From assembly GCA_963661975.1 (NCBI GenBank), contig CAVLDN010000003.1, positions 56,323-120,322 on the forward strand: DNA of 64,000 bases, given 5' to 3'. The notes below the pieces were generated by a model. It did no database searches and was not told the DNA's origin. It saw only the letters and a program-made list of their open reading frames with translations. Within the stretch, counting starts at the first letter, position 1. Each line of letters opens with the position of its first letter. This DNA comes from a bacterium. Lineage in GTDB: Bacteria > Bacillota > Clostridia > Oscillospirales > CAG-382. Positions 56,850 through 64,000 of this stretch are shown here, one piece after another. The position numbers were made by a program, and so were the translations under genes.

Positions 56850-57635
56850 TTATAACACATCCCCGCCGGAACCGATAAACTGCTCTACGCAGCTTCGGAA
56901 ATTATCCGCTTTGACGGAAAACAGATAGGACTCGGTATAACCGTAATCGTCATTTTCCTCTATATAAATATCCAGCTTTTCGTTTGCGAGCAGCAGCTCG
57001 AGTATGGTAAAGTCCTCCATTGTTATCCTGTCGTCGTTTTCGTACAGTATGCCGGAGGTATAATGCTTTTTGTTTTCGCCGTCGAGGATAACAACATTAT
57101 ATTTCGTGTTTATGTATCCCCTGACCTTATAATCGCCGTATTTCCAGAGCATGATGGTTATATAACCGTTGTCTACGAGTATCTGCGCGCTCAGGTCGTT
57201 CTCGTAGCCCAGCGAATCCTTGCAGGTGCCCGTCAAAACGTGCTTTGTCGATATATACGGTTCGCCCGTGGGGTTTTCGAATTCATCGATATAATTGCGG
57301 ATCTCCCATTCGCCGATATTTTCGCCGCAGCGGCTGCAGACACCGCTCTGTGTAGTGTGCCCGAGTGCGGGAACAGACCGTTCCTTCGTCTTCCCGCAGG
57401 AGCAGGAACGCTCCTCCTCGCCCGGCTCGGTGCAGGTCGGCTCGACAACAGTCGCCCATTCGCCGTATTCGTGGGTGTGTTTTTCATCCGCGGACGACGC
57501 ACGCGTTTCGCGCGAGGAATCCTTGTTTCCGCTCTTTTCGGTAAATCGCTTGAAAAGCGAGCATCCCGTCAGTGTGTATATGCACATCACAGCCGCGATT
57601 ACGGCGCACAATGCTCTTTTGATCCCCGTTTTCAT
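56850..57635 (-). CDS. lipoprotein with a Cys-rich zinc-ribbon-like module, hypothetical
   Basis: 261 aa with lipobox LTG|C. Contains HTHEYGEWATVVEPTCTEPGEEERSCSCGKTKERSVPALGHTTQSGVCSRCGE, then a beta-rich Tyr/Asp-rich domain. Confidence 0.7.
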   Translation of the reverse strand: MKTGIKRALCAVIAAVMCIYTLTGCSLFKRFTEKSGNKDSSRETRASSADEKHTHEYGEWATVVEPTCTEPGEEERSCSCGKTKERSVPALGHTTQSGVCSRCGENIGEWEIRNYIDEFENPTGEPYISTKHVLTGTCKDSLGYENDLSAQILVDNGYITIMLWKYGDYKVRGYINTKYNVVILDGENKKHYTSGILYENDDRITMEDFTILELLLANEKLDIYIEENDDYGYTESYLFSVKADNFRSCVEQFIGSGGDVL

Positions 57636-57641
57636 TCATCA

Positions 57642-58790
57642 TCACCCGAAATTCACAAATCCGAAATCCGAAAAGTTCAGCCCGGTATTCTCCGAAGCAA
57701 CGAAATTCTTCATCAGCTCAATAAGATCGCAGATGCCCACGCGGCTTTCCTCCATGAAATCATTCTGACCGTCTGTCGGGCCGGTGTATTCCGAGCAGTT
57801 GAGCGGGTAATTCCGCGAAAACACCGCCGGATCGATATATCCGTATGCGCTTCTGTAACTCTCTCCGGTATCCCGATAGTATCTGGATGTACAGTATTCG
57901 TATTTCCCGTTGTATCCGCCGCGCATTCTGATATAAAAGTTTATGCTGAATGTATCGCTCAACGGGCAGTGCAGGCAAAATTCCACCTTGTCCGTATCGC
58001 CCCAATAGGAAACGCTGAAATACTCGTTGTCATACCCGCCGTATTTGGTTGAAGGCTGCTGATACATGGAATAATCCCCGTTGAGATGCCCGTTTTCGAT
58101 CGCAAACTTCTTGCAAGCCTCGAATATGTCCTTCTTCTGTACGGTACCTCCGTCCTGCTGACCGGAGCCGCCCTGCTGGTCCGAACCACCCTGCTGGTCC
58201 GAACCACCCTGCTGGCCGGAGCCGCCCTGCTGATCGGAGCCGTCCTGCTGACCGGAGCCGCCCTGCTGATCGGAGCCGTCCTGCTGACCGGAGCCGCCCT
58301 GATCTTCCTGCGATACCCCCGCATCCTCCGACACCGCGTATTCACCGCGCAGCGCGGATGTATCAGCGGCGGAGCTCTCTTCGGCTTTAATGATAAGCTC
58401 ATAATATAAAGCGGCACAGATAAGCAGCAGTGCCAACGCAACAAGGATTATCGGCCACACCGGTGCGGATTTCTTCTCCTGCGGCACGGGCGCGGGTTCT
58501 GCGGGCTGCTGCACAGTCGGCTGTATTATCGGTTGTATTGTCGGTTGTATTGTCGGTACGGCGGTCGGTTCGGCTGCGGGTGCGCTCCCGGCCGCATCCG
58601 TTCCCATCAATATTTCATCGGAAGAAACATTGAACAGCTTTGCAAGTGCAATTATATTTTCTACTGTAGGTTGAGTCTGACCGTTTTCCCATAGGCTGAC
58701 GCTTTGCCTCGAAACTCCTAATTTCTCGGCAAGCTCATCCTGAGACATATGGCTTCTCTTACGAAGGTTTCTGATATTATCGGGTATCAT
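57642..58790 (-). CDS. membrane-tethered XRE-family HTH protein with Gln-rich repeat linkers and a Tyr-rich extracellular domain
   Basis: N-terminal HTH_3 motif (MSQDELAEKLGVSRQSVSLWENGQTQPTVENIIALAKLFNVSSDEIL), PTIQ repeats, TM (VWPIILVALALLLICAALYY), eight GGSGQQ/DGSDQQ repeats, and a roughly 170-aa C-terminal domain. Confidence 0.8.
   Translation of the reverse strand: MIPDNIRNLRKRSHMSQDELAEKLGVSRQSVSLWENGQTQPTVENIIALAKLFNVSSDEILMGTDAAGSAPAAEPTAVPTIQPTIQPIIQPTVQQPAEPAPVPQEKKSAPVWPIILVALALLLICAALYYELIIKAEESSAADTSALRGEYAVSEDAGVSQEDQGGSGQQDGSDQQGGSGQQDGSDQQGGSGQQGGSDQQGGSDQQGGSGQQDGGTVQKKDIFEACKKFAIENGHLNGDYSMYQQPSTKYGGYDNEYFSVSYWGDTDKVEFCLHCPLSDTFSINFYIRMRGGYNGKYEYCTSRYYRDTGESYRSAYGYIDPAVFSRNYPLNCSEYTGPTDGQNDFMEESRVGICDLIELMKNFVASENTGLNFSDFGFVNFG
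58155..58298 (-). repeat. eight tandem 18-bp coding repeats (GGSGQQ/DGSDQQ)
   Basis: On the + strand the units are CTGCTGNNCGGANCCNNC, starting at 58155, 58173, 58191, 58209, 58227, 58245, 58263 and 58281. Several units are identical to each other. Confidence 0.9.
58518..58565 (-). repeat. four tandem 12-bp coding repeats (PTIQ/PIIQ/PTVQ)
   Basis: On the + strand: CGGCTGTATTAT, CGGTTGTATTGT, CGGTTGTATTGT, CGGTACGGCGGT. Confidence 0.8.
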
Positions 58791-58924
58791 GCGCAGTCAC
58801 ATCCTTTCTGAAAATCAATGAGATGATACCATATTTTGCCCCCCGAAAACAACAAAATGCGCCTTGAATTTTGTCAAGCAGCGCTTGCGTTTTACAAAAA
58901 AGCGGTATTTTGCGGAAAATTTTG

Positions 58925-59629
58925 TCAAAAAACGGTGTTCCGGGCAGTAATCGGCTTGCCCGCGCCCGCAAAAAGCATTTGCGCAAGATCGGCGTTATCA
59001 CGCAACCTCCGCGGGAATTCCATTCCGCAAAGGCAGCCTTCCGCAACACGCTTTACATGGTGGGTATCCGATCCCGCTGTGGGCATGAGCCCGTTTTCGC
59101 GGCAGAAGCGAAGCGCAAGCTCATCCTCCTGTGCGGTGTTTGCCGCGTTAAGCACCTCTGCGCCGTCCAAAGCGGAGACATCCATCCTGCGGAACGGATA
59201 TGTGATATAATCCCGAACGCGGAACGGGTGCGCGTGGGAGGTGAACCCGCCCGCGGCGCGGATGCGCGCACAAAGCTCCTCCGGCGGGATATCGCACATA
59301 TCCGGGTTCTCTGCCGTGAAATCCGGGGATATGCCGTAAATAAGTATCTCCTGCCCGTTTCCGTAATGCTCCTCTATGCCGAAGAACACATCCAAGCCGA
59401 GCTTTTCGCCCTCATCGCGTGCGGAAAGCCAGGCTTCGCGGTAGTAATTCATTTTTTCCGTCCACGGCAGTCCGGCGGAAATGCAGTTGTTGCCGCGTAT
59501 AAAGTGATTTGTAAGCACAAAGCCCGAAAAGCCGCGTTCCTTATAGGCGCGCACGGCCTCCCTTGCGGTCATGGAGGCGCATTTGCTGCATTCGCGGGAA
59601 TGCACATGAAGGTCGTAAATATATCCCAT
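58925..59629 (-). CDS. PHP-domain metal-dependent phosphoesterase
   Basis: ATG 59629 (MGYIYDLHVHSRECSKC...) after AAAGGAG. PHP His/Asp motifs (DLHVHS, TNHF, EEHYG, SHAHPF, GSDTHH). The track start at 59683 is an upstream extension. Confidence 0.8.
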   Translation of the reverse strand: MGYIYDLHVHSRECSKCASMTAREAVRAYKERGFSGFVLTNHFIRGNNCISAGLPWTEKMNYYREAWLSARDEGEKLGLDVFFGIEEHYGNGQEILIYGISPDFTAENPDMCDIPPEELCARIRAAGGFTSHAHPFRVRDYITYPFRRMDVSALDGAEVLNAANTAQEDELALRFCRENGLMPTAGSDTHHVKRVAEGCLCGMEFPRRLRDNADLAQMLFAGAGKPITARNTVF

Positions 59630-59742
59630 GGTATCGCTCCTTTTTAACAACAGTATTTTACCACGCCGCAAAGGCAAATTCAATATCCGAAACGGCTTGA
59701 TTTTTCGGGCGGGGCGTGGTAAAATAAATAAAAAGAACGGGA

Positions 59743-60399
59743 GTGAAGCCTTTGATATTTCTTAAAGCGGCGGGCATAGTGCTTGCCTGTATCATCGCTC
59801 TGATCGCACTGCTGCTGATCTCGATGCTTCACCTCCGCTTTGTTTTTACGCTCGAGGGCGAGCCGAAGGCGGAACTGCGCATACTTTTCATAAAGATAAA
59901 TCTGCTTGCCCGGCGCGAAAAGAAACCGAAAAAGCCCAAAAAGAAACCGGGGCGTTTCGCGGCATATCTGAAAAGAAAATTCGGCTTCAAGCATCCGGCC
60001 GAAGTGCCGGAGCCGAAGGGCAATACCGTTTCCGCGAAAGCAAAATGGGTGTACGCGCTTATTATGATCGTCGCGGGGCGCGTGAAGTGGCTGCTTAAAA
60101 GAGTAAAGCTCAAAAAACTGCGCATACTTGCAGTGTGCGGCGGCGGAGATGCCGCCGAAAGCGCGATGGAATACGGCACCGTCTGCGCCGTGCTTTACCC
60201 GCTTGAGGGGTTTATCCGCGGCAATACGAACGCGCGCGAAAAGGATATAGATGTGCGTGTCGGGTGCGATTTCACGGGCGAACCGGTTTTTGAATTCGAG
60301 TTTTGCACGGCAATAAGAATAATTCACATTATGCGCGCTCTTCTCTGGGGCGCGGCGCGGCTTGCAGAGAACGCGCAGATTACGGAGGAACAGAAATGA
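59743..60399 (+). CDS. DUF2953-like membrane protein (YtfI-like)
   Basis: 218 aa with an N-terminal TM and a KKPKKPKKKP linker. Paired with and overlapping (ATGA) the ytfJ/gerW-like gene, as in B. subtilis ytfI-ytfJ. The start may be GTG 59743 or TTG 59752. Confidence 0.6.
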   Translation: MKPLIFLKAAGIVLACIIALIALLLISMLHLRFVFTLEGEPKAELRILFIKINLLARREKKPKKPKKKPGRFAAYLKRKFGFKHPAEVPEPKGNTVSAKAKWVYALIMIVAGRVKWLLKRVKLKKLRILAVCGGGDAAESAMEYGTVCAVLYPLEGFIRGNTNAREKDIDVRVGCDFTGEPVFEFEFCTAIRIIHIMRALLWGAARLAENAQITEEQK

Positions 60400-60794
60400 A
60401 CGGAGAAAACGAAACCAAAAAAACCACCGGGCTTGCCGGCATAATGCAGATAATGAACTTCACGGCGGAAAAGGTGACCGAGCTTGCCGATGCGAATTCC
60501 GTCATGGGCGAGGTAATGGAGATCGACGGCTTCACCGTCATTCCCGTTTCCAAAATATCCGCCGGCTTTGTCGGCGGCGGTGCGAGCATTGTCAATGCCG
60601 AGCAGAAGAAATCCCAGACACCCGCGGGTGCGGGCGCAAAGGTGACCGTCACCCCGATGTCGTTCCTTGTCATCGGCGGCGGCGAGGTGCGCACCGTTGC
60701 CGTGGACGGCAGTGCCGATAAGAAAAACGGGCTTGTCGGTTCGATAATCGAACAGATCAAAAAGCTCAAAGGCAATAAAGAAAAGAAGAAATAA
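60396..60794 (+). CDS. ytfJ: GerW/YtfJ-family sporulation-associated protein
   Basis: ATG 60396 after GGAGGAA (132 aa). Motif VIPVSKISAGFVGGGAS...AGAKVTVTPMSFLVIGGGEV is typical of the YtfJ_HI0045 family. Confidence 0.8.
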   Translation: MNGENETKKTTGLAGIMQIMNFTAEKVTELADANSVMGEVMEIDGFTVIPVSKISAGFVGGGASIVNAEQKKSQTPAGAGAKVTVTPMSFLVIGGGEVRTVAVDGSADKKNGLVGSIIEQIKKLKGNKEKKK

Positions 60795-60820
60795 TACCTT
60801 CTTACACAAAACAGCAAAAA

Positions 60821-60847
60821 GGAGCGCCGAAAAAGCGCTTCTTTTTG
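60821..60847 (+). terminator. rho-independent terminator of ytfI-ytfJ
   Basis: GGAGCGC (60821-60827) pairs with GCGCTTC (60835-60841, one G-U), followed by TTTTTG. Confidence 0.7.
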
Positions 60848-60983
60848 CGTGTGCGGCACAAAATGAAAGATTTTCCCCGCACGGATGTACCGATATTGCC
60901 GTTTTGAAAGGCATTATGTTATGAAGCCGAGAATCGGCAATCCGGTGCGACCACTTCACCGCGGGCAAGATCGGCGCGTCACG

Positions 60984-61004
60984 CGCCCGTTCCGGGCGAT
61001 TTTT
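60984..61004 (+). terminator. terminator-like hairpin inside an orphan intergenic segment
   Basis: CGCCCG (60984-60989) pairs with CGGGCG (60993-60998), followed by ATTTTT. Its 5' arm overlaps the 3' arm of the alternative hairpin GGCGCG (60973-60978) / CGCGCC (60982-60987). Confidence 0.4.
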
Positions 61005-61115
61005 ACATTCCGTGGTGAAAAAGGGCGCAGAATCGCCGAGAAGCCCCGCGAGGCGTACTCTGTACGTCAAGGGGGCTTCGCAGGTGATAGAAAAAAGAAT
61101 ATGATGACAAATCTA

Positions 61116-61139
61116 AAGGGAACCCGTACGGGTTCCCTT
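61116..61139. terminator. palindromic hairpin terminator downstream of guaB
   Basis: Palindrome GGGAACCCGTACGGGTTCCC. On the minus strand it is followed by TTTAGATTTG, and on the + strand by TTCCTTAAT. Confidence 0.7.
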
Positions 61140-61181
61140 CCTTAATCAATTTGAATGATTCTCTTTTCGTTCTGCGTGCTT

Positions 61182-62690
61182 TTACTTTATGGGCTGGGCG
61201 GTCTTGTCCTTCAGAAGCACATCATGCGCCCCGCCTTCCACAATGCTTGTCGCCGAAACAAGCGTGAGCTTTGCGTTCGCCTGCAATTCCGGAATGGAAA
61301 GCGCGCCGCAGTTGCACATCGTGGAGCGCACCTTGGACAGTGTGAGCCCGACATTGTCTTTGAGCGAGCCGGCGTAGGGAACATAGGAATCCACGCCCTC
61401 CTCGAACGAAAGCTTCTTTTCGCCGCCCATGTCATAGCGTTGCCAGTTGCGCGCGCGTGCGGAGCCTTCGCCCCAATATTCCTTCATATAGCTGCCGTTG
61501 ATGTTGACCTTGTTTGTGGGGCTTTCGTCAAAACGGGAGAAATAGCGCCCGAGCATTATGAAATCCGCGCCCATGGCAAGTGCCAATGTGATGTGGTAAT
61601 CGTAAACAATGCCGCCGTCCGAGCAGATCGGGATGTAAATACCGGTTTCACGGAAGTATTCGTCGCGCGCCGCGGCGACCTCGATAACGGCTGTCGCCTG
61701 ACCGCGCCCGATACCCTTTTGCTCACGCGTGATGCAGATGCTGCCGCCGCCGATGCCGATCTTGATAAAATCGGCGCCCGCCTTTGCAAGGAACATAAAG
61801 CCTTCGCGGTCCACAACATTGCCCGCGCCGACCTTGACGGTATCGCCGTAATGCTCGCGGATCCAGGAAAGGGTGCGGAGCTGCCATTCCGAAAAGCCTT
61901 CGGAGGAGTCTATGCACAGTACATCCGCGCCGGCTTCGACAAGCGCGGGTACGCGCTCGGCATAATCGCGGGTATTGATGCCCGCGCCGACCATGTAGCG
62001 CTTTTCGCCATCCAAAAGTTCGAGCGGGTTTTCCTTGTGCGAATCGTAATCCTTGCGGAATACAAAGCAGCACAGCCTGCCTTCCTCATCTATTATCGGG
62101 AGCGAATTCAGCTTGTTATCCCAGATTATATCGTTGGCTTCTTTGAGCGTGACTCCCTCATAGGCGTATATGAGTTTTTCAAACGGAGTCATGAATTCCG
62201 AAACCTTCGTTTCGCGCGGCATTCTGGAAACGCGGTAATCGCGCGAGGTGACTATGCCCATAAGCTTGCCGTTGGGTGTTCCGTCATCCGTCACGGCGAC
62301 GGTGGAATGCCCCGTTTTTTCTTTAAGCGCAAGCACATCGGCAAGCGTGCAATCCACACGGATGTTGGAATCACTGACGACAAAGCCCGCCTTATACTGC
62401 TTGACACGCCTTACCATAGCGGCTTCGGATTCCACCGACTGAGAGCCGTATATAAATGAAAGCCCGCCTTCCTTTGCCAGCGCGATCGCCATACCGTCAT
62501 CCGAAACAGCCTGCATTATCGCCGAAACAAGGGGGATATTTATGGAAATATCCGCAGTTTCGCCCTTTTTGAACTTGGTTATCGGCGTGCGAAGCGAAAC
62601 ATTCGCGGGGATACAGTCGGATGAAGAATACCCCGGAACCAGTAAATACTCGCTGAATGTATGCGATTCACCCTCAAAATACCTTGCCAT
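61182..62690 (-). CDS. guaB: IMP dehydrogenase
   Basis: 502 aa with active-site loop [11 protein letters not shown] and a CBS pair insert. SD AAGGAG before ATG 62690. Confidence 0.97.
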   Translation of the reverse strand: MARYFEGESHTFSEYLLVPGYSSSDCIPANVSLRTPITKFKKGETADISINIPLVSAIMQAVSDDGMAIALAKEGGLSFIYGSQSVESEAAMVRRVKQYKAGFVVSDSNIRVDCTLADVLALKEKTGHSTVAVTDDGTPNGKLMGIVTSRDYRVSRMPRETKVSEFMTPFEKLIYAYEGVTLKEANDIIWDNKLNSLPIIDEEGRLCCFVFRKDYDSHKENPLELLDGEKRYMVGAGINTRDYAERVPALVEAGADVLCIDSSEGFSEWQLRTLSWIREHYGDTVKVGAGNVVDREGFMFLAKAGADFIKIGIGGGSICITREQKGIGRGQATAVIEVAAARDEYFRETGIYIPICSDGGIVYDYHITLALAMGADFIMLGRYFSRFDESPTNKVNINGSYMKEYWGEGSARARNWQRYDMGGEKKLSFEEGVDSYVPYAGSLKDNVGLTLSKVRSTMCNCGALSIPELQANAKLTLVSATSIVEGGAHDVLLKDKTAQPIK

Positions 62691-62719
62691 TGCTTTGCTC
62701 CTTGCTTGTAATTTTACAG

Positions 62720-62748
62720 ATTATAACACGCGGCGCGTTTTTTTTCAA
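62720..62748 (-). promoter_or_regulatory. near-consensus SigA promoter of guaB
   Basis: On the minus strand: TTGAAA (62748-62743), 17 nt, TGtTATAAT (-10 at 62725-62720). Confidence 0.75.
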
Positions 62749-62768
62749 CCGTTATTCTGCATAACTTT

Positions 62769-63707
62769 TCATTCGCGGGAAAACACGAAAACCGTCATTC
62801 GGTCGTAAACCTCTCCGGGGCGGAGTACCCCTTCCCCGCGCGATTGAAACCCGGGCTCGAGCTGTGTTTCGAAGCAGAGCCCGCCCCCGCGGGATATCGT
62901 CTTTCCGCCCGAAACGGGAGTGCCGTCAGGGATATACTTTCCGGTATAAAACTGCATACAGGGCATATCGGTATAAACGGCAAGCCCGATGCCGCCGCAG
63001 GCTGCGTGCGCGGCAAGAGAAAGCTCCCTGCCGTATCTCCGTTCCGCCGGAGCGGAGATATAATAATTGCAGTCGTAATCCTTTTGCACGGTACGAGGGG
63101 TACGGAAGTCAAATTCCGTCTCCTCCACGGGCATTCTGCCCGCAACACGGTTGTTTCGGTCATATACCGAAACGGTCTCGGCGCCTATCTGCACGGTATG
63201 CCCGTAAATGTCGCCCGTTCCGACACCCGCAAGATTGAAGTAGGTATGGTTCGTGAGGCTGACCCAGGTGGGCGCATCGGCGGTCGCACGGTAGTTTATG
63301 ACAAGCGCGTCGCCGTCGGCACGGTATGTGACGGTCACATCAAGGTTCCCGGGGTAGCCCTCCTCCCCCGCGGGCGAAACGCGTGAGAAGGAGACGCTGT
63401 CCTCGCCGTGCGCCGAAACGCTCCAATGCTTTTTGCCGAAGCCGCAAAAGCCGCCGTGAAGGTGGTTTATGCCGTTTTCGTTCAGCGGCAGGCGGCATTC
63501 CCTGCCGTCGATAAGATTTATTTCGCCGGTGCGGTTTGCCGTGCGCCCGACAACCGAACCGAAGCAGCACTCATCGCGCTCGTATTCGGCAAGCGTGTCG
63601 AAACCGACACAGACTTTAACACCCTTGTATTCGATACTTTGCAGCACCGCGCCGTATTCGCACGCGGCGACGGAAAGATCGCCGCCGTTGATTTTTATAA
63701 GTTCCAT
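62769..63707 (-). CDS. galM: aldose 1-epimerase (galactose mutarotase family)
   Basis: ATG 63707 (MELIKINGG...) after AAAGGGG (312 aa). Motifs NHLHGG, TNHTYFNL and the FETQ...P pattern. The track start at 63800 is an upstream extension through the promoter. Confidence 0.85.
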   Translation of the reverse strand: MELIKINGGDLSVAACEYGAVLQSIEYKGVKVCVGFDTLAEYERDECCFGSVVGRTANRTGEINLIDGRECRLPLNENGINHLHGGFCGFGKKHWSVSAHGEDSVSFSRVSPAGEEGYPGNLDVTVTYRADGDALVINYRATADAPTWVSLTNHTYFNLAGVGTGDIYGHTVQIGAETVSVYDRNNRVAGRMPVEETEFDFRTPRTVQKDYDCNYYISAPAERRYGRELSLAAHAACGGIGLAVYTDMPCMQFYTGKYIPDGTPVSGGKTISRGGGLCFETQLEPGFQSRGEGVLRPGEVYDRMTVFVFSRE

Positions 63708-63730
63708 TTTTATGCCCCTTTCTGCGATAC

Positions 63731-63760
63731 ATTTTAACCCGTACGGTAAGGAAATGTCAA
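63731..63760 (-). promoter_or_regulatory. candidate promoter of galM
   Basis: On the minus strand: TTGACA (63760-63755), 18 nt, TAAAAT (63736-63731). Confidence 0.45.
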
Positions 63761-63793
63761 TAGTGCCGCCCTTGAAAAATCTTCGGAACTCTA

Positions 63794-63822
63794 TTGACAA
63801 TCATTTGACCGTGTGATATAAT
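63794..63822 (+). promoter_or_regulatory. consensus SigA promoter of the rightmost gene
   Basis: TTGACA (63794-63799), 17 nt, TGaTATAAT (-10 at 63817-63822, extended -10). Confidence 0.75.
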
Positions 63823-63857
63823 CAAATTGTAAAAAGCAGGAAAGGAGGCCGGCGGGA

Positions 63858-64000
63858 ATGGAAAACACACTTCCGGGGACAACGATCGAGATTGATGCCC
63901 CCAATGCCGCAGAGGTGAAAAATGTGCTCGACAACATATTCATGTGCGGCGGGCTGACACTTTCACAGATCGCCTTTCTTACCGGGCTGGAACCTTATGT
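63858..64000 (+). CDS. hypothetical protein, N-terminal fragment (possibly DUF1836-like HTH); 3' end outside window
   Basis: ATG 63858 follows AAAGGAGG. It reads MENTLPGTTIEIDAPNAAEVKNVLDNIFMCGGLTLSQIAFLTGLEPY... The segment GGLTLSQIAxLTGLEPY resembles DUF1836 N-termini, from memory only. Confidence 0.4.
   Translation, partial: MENTLPGTTIEIDAPNAAEVKNVLDNIFMCGGLTLSQIAFLTGLEPY

Noticed and set aside
58155-58298. A regular 18-bp repeat array considered as a CRISPR-like array.
   Set aside because: The units are contiguous with no spacers, are in frame, and encode GGSGQQ/DGSDQQ within a well-supported CDS.
60945-60970. CACCGCGGG considered as a T-box (GGUGGNACCGCG-like) element.
   Set aside because: It lacks the UGGN tRNA-acceptor-pairing bases, has no specifier-loop features upstream, and has no downstream regulated gene.
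422-62459. Eight very long ORFs antisense to real genes. They are 422-2086, 6775-7968, 21310-22440, 32069-33571, 33587-34915, 46656-47981, 47941-49119 and 61155-62459, ranging from 376 to 554 aa.
   Set aside because: The three I checked (opposite the SBP gene, ffh and guaB) lie in the codon-aligned antisense frame of a well-supported gene. In that register, antisense stops correspond to sense TTA, CTA and TCA codons, which this GC-rich genome rarely uses, so long open frames arise by chance. The other five were not checked but are antisense to equally well-supported genes. The translations are Arg/Ala/Gly-rich and low in complexity, with no SD or family motifs.
62691-62768. Expected a purine/guanine riboswitch upstream of guaB.
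   Set aside because: The leader from the predicted TSS to ATG 62690 is only about 25 nt and contains only the SD, so there is no room for an aptamer.
50030-63746. Recurrence of ACCCGTAC(GG) in three regulatory hairpins or spacers (50030-50037, 61121-61131, 63736-63746).
   Set aside because: An 8-mer is expected about twice by chance on both strands of 64 kb, and the core is the trivial palindrome GTAC. This is insufficient evidence for a shared motif.

Overview
This 64-kb chromosomal window looks GC-rich by eye. Its gene order and protein motifs are typical of a Firmicute of the class Clostridia, but the taxon cannot be proven without a database search.

I call about 62 intact CDS and 2 decayed genes. 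I found no rRNA, tRNA, CRISPR array, transposase or integrase.

The window is mostly conserved housekeeping blocks:
- rimP-nusA-ylxR-ylxQ-infB-rbfA-DHH-truB on the + strand (3.7-10.4 kb)
- uvrC-rsmD-coaD
- ylxM-ffh-rpsP-KH-rimM-trmD
- a block syntenic with B. subtilis yabM..yabR (flippase-mazG-hup-S4-divIC-S1)
- recJ-rel-dtd-hemZ-like
- cdaA-cdaR
- rnc-radical SAM-smc-ftsY-rdgB
- dprA-topA-plsX
- DUF1385-prmC, pepF, guaB, galM

Genes from 24.5 to 52.0 kb form one uninterrupted minus-strand array with many 1-8 nt start/stop overlaps.

Accessory-looking inserts:
- a single NYN/LabA-like gene with no canonical start codon (2.7-3.6 kb)
- a Noc/ParB-like relic, a tail-anchored acidic surface protein, and an enolase-superfamily/2-hydroxyacid-dehydrogenase pair coupled to coaD (10.4-14 kb)
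- a 579-aa polytopic membrane protein plus a DUF4330-like protein fused onto the trmD operon (17.3-19.5 kb)
- an RNHCP zinc-ribbon/membrane-protein operon (52.1-53.5 kb)
- a membrane-tethered XRE regulator with tandem Gln-rich repeats plus a Cys-rich lipoprotein (56.9-58.8 kb)

I did not find a complete, convincing new multi-gene system. The best leads are these modules, a perfect 15-bp-arm palindrome on the ylxM-ffh promoter, and a 265-bp orphan structured segment between two terminators (60.85-61.1 kb).

All family assignments rest on motif recognition and synteny from memory. No searches were run.
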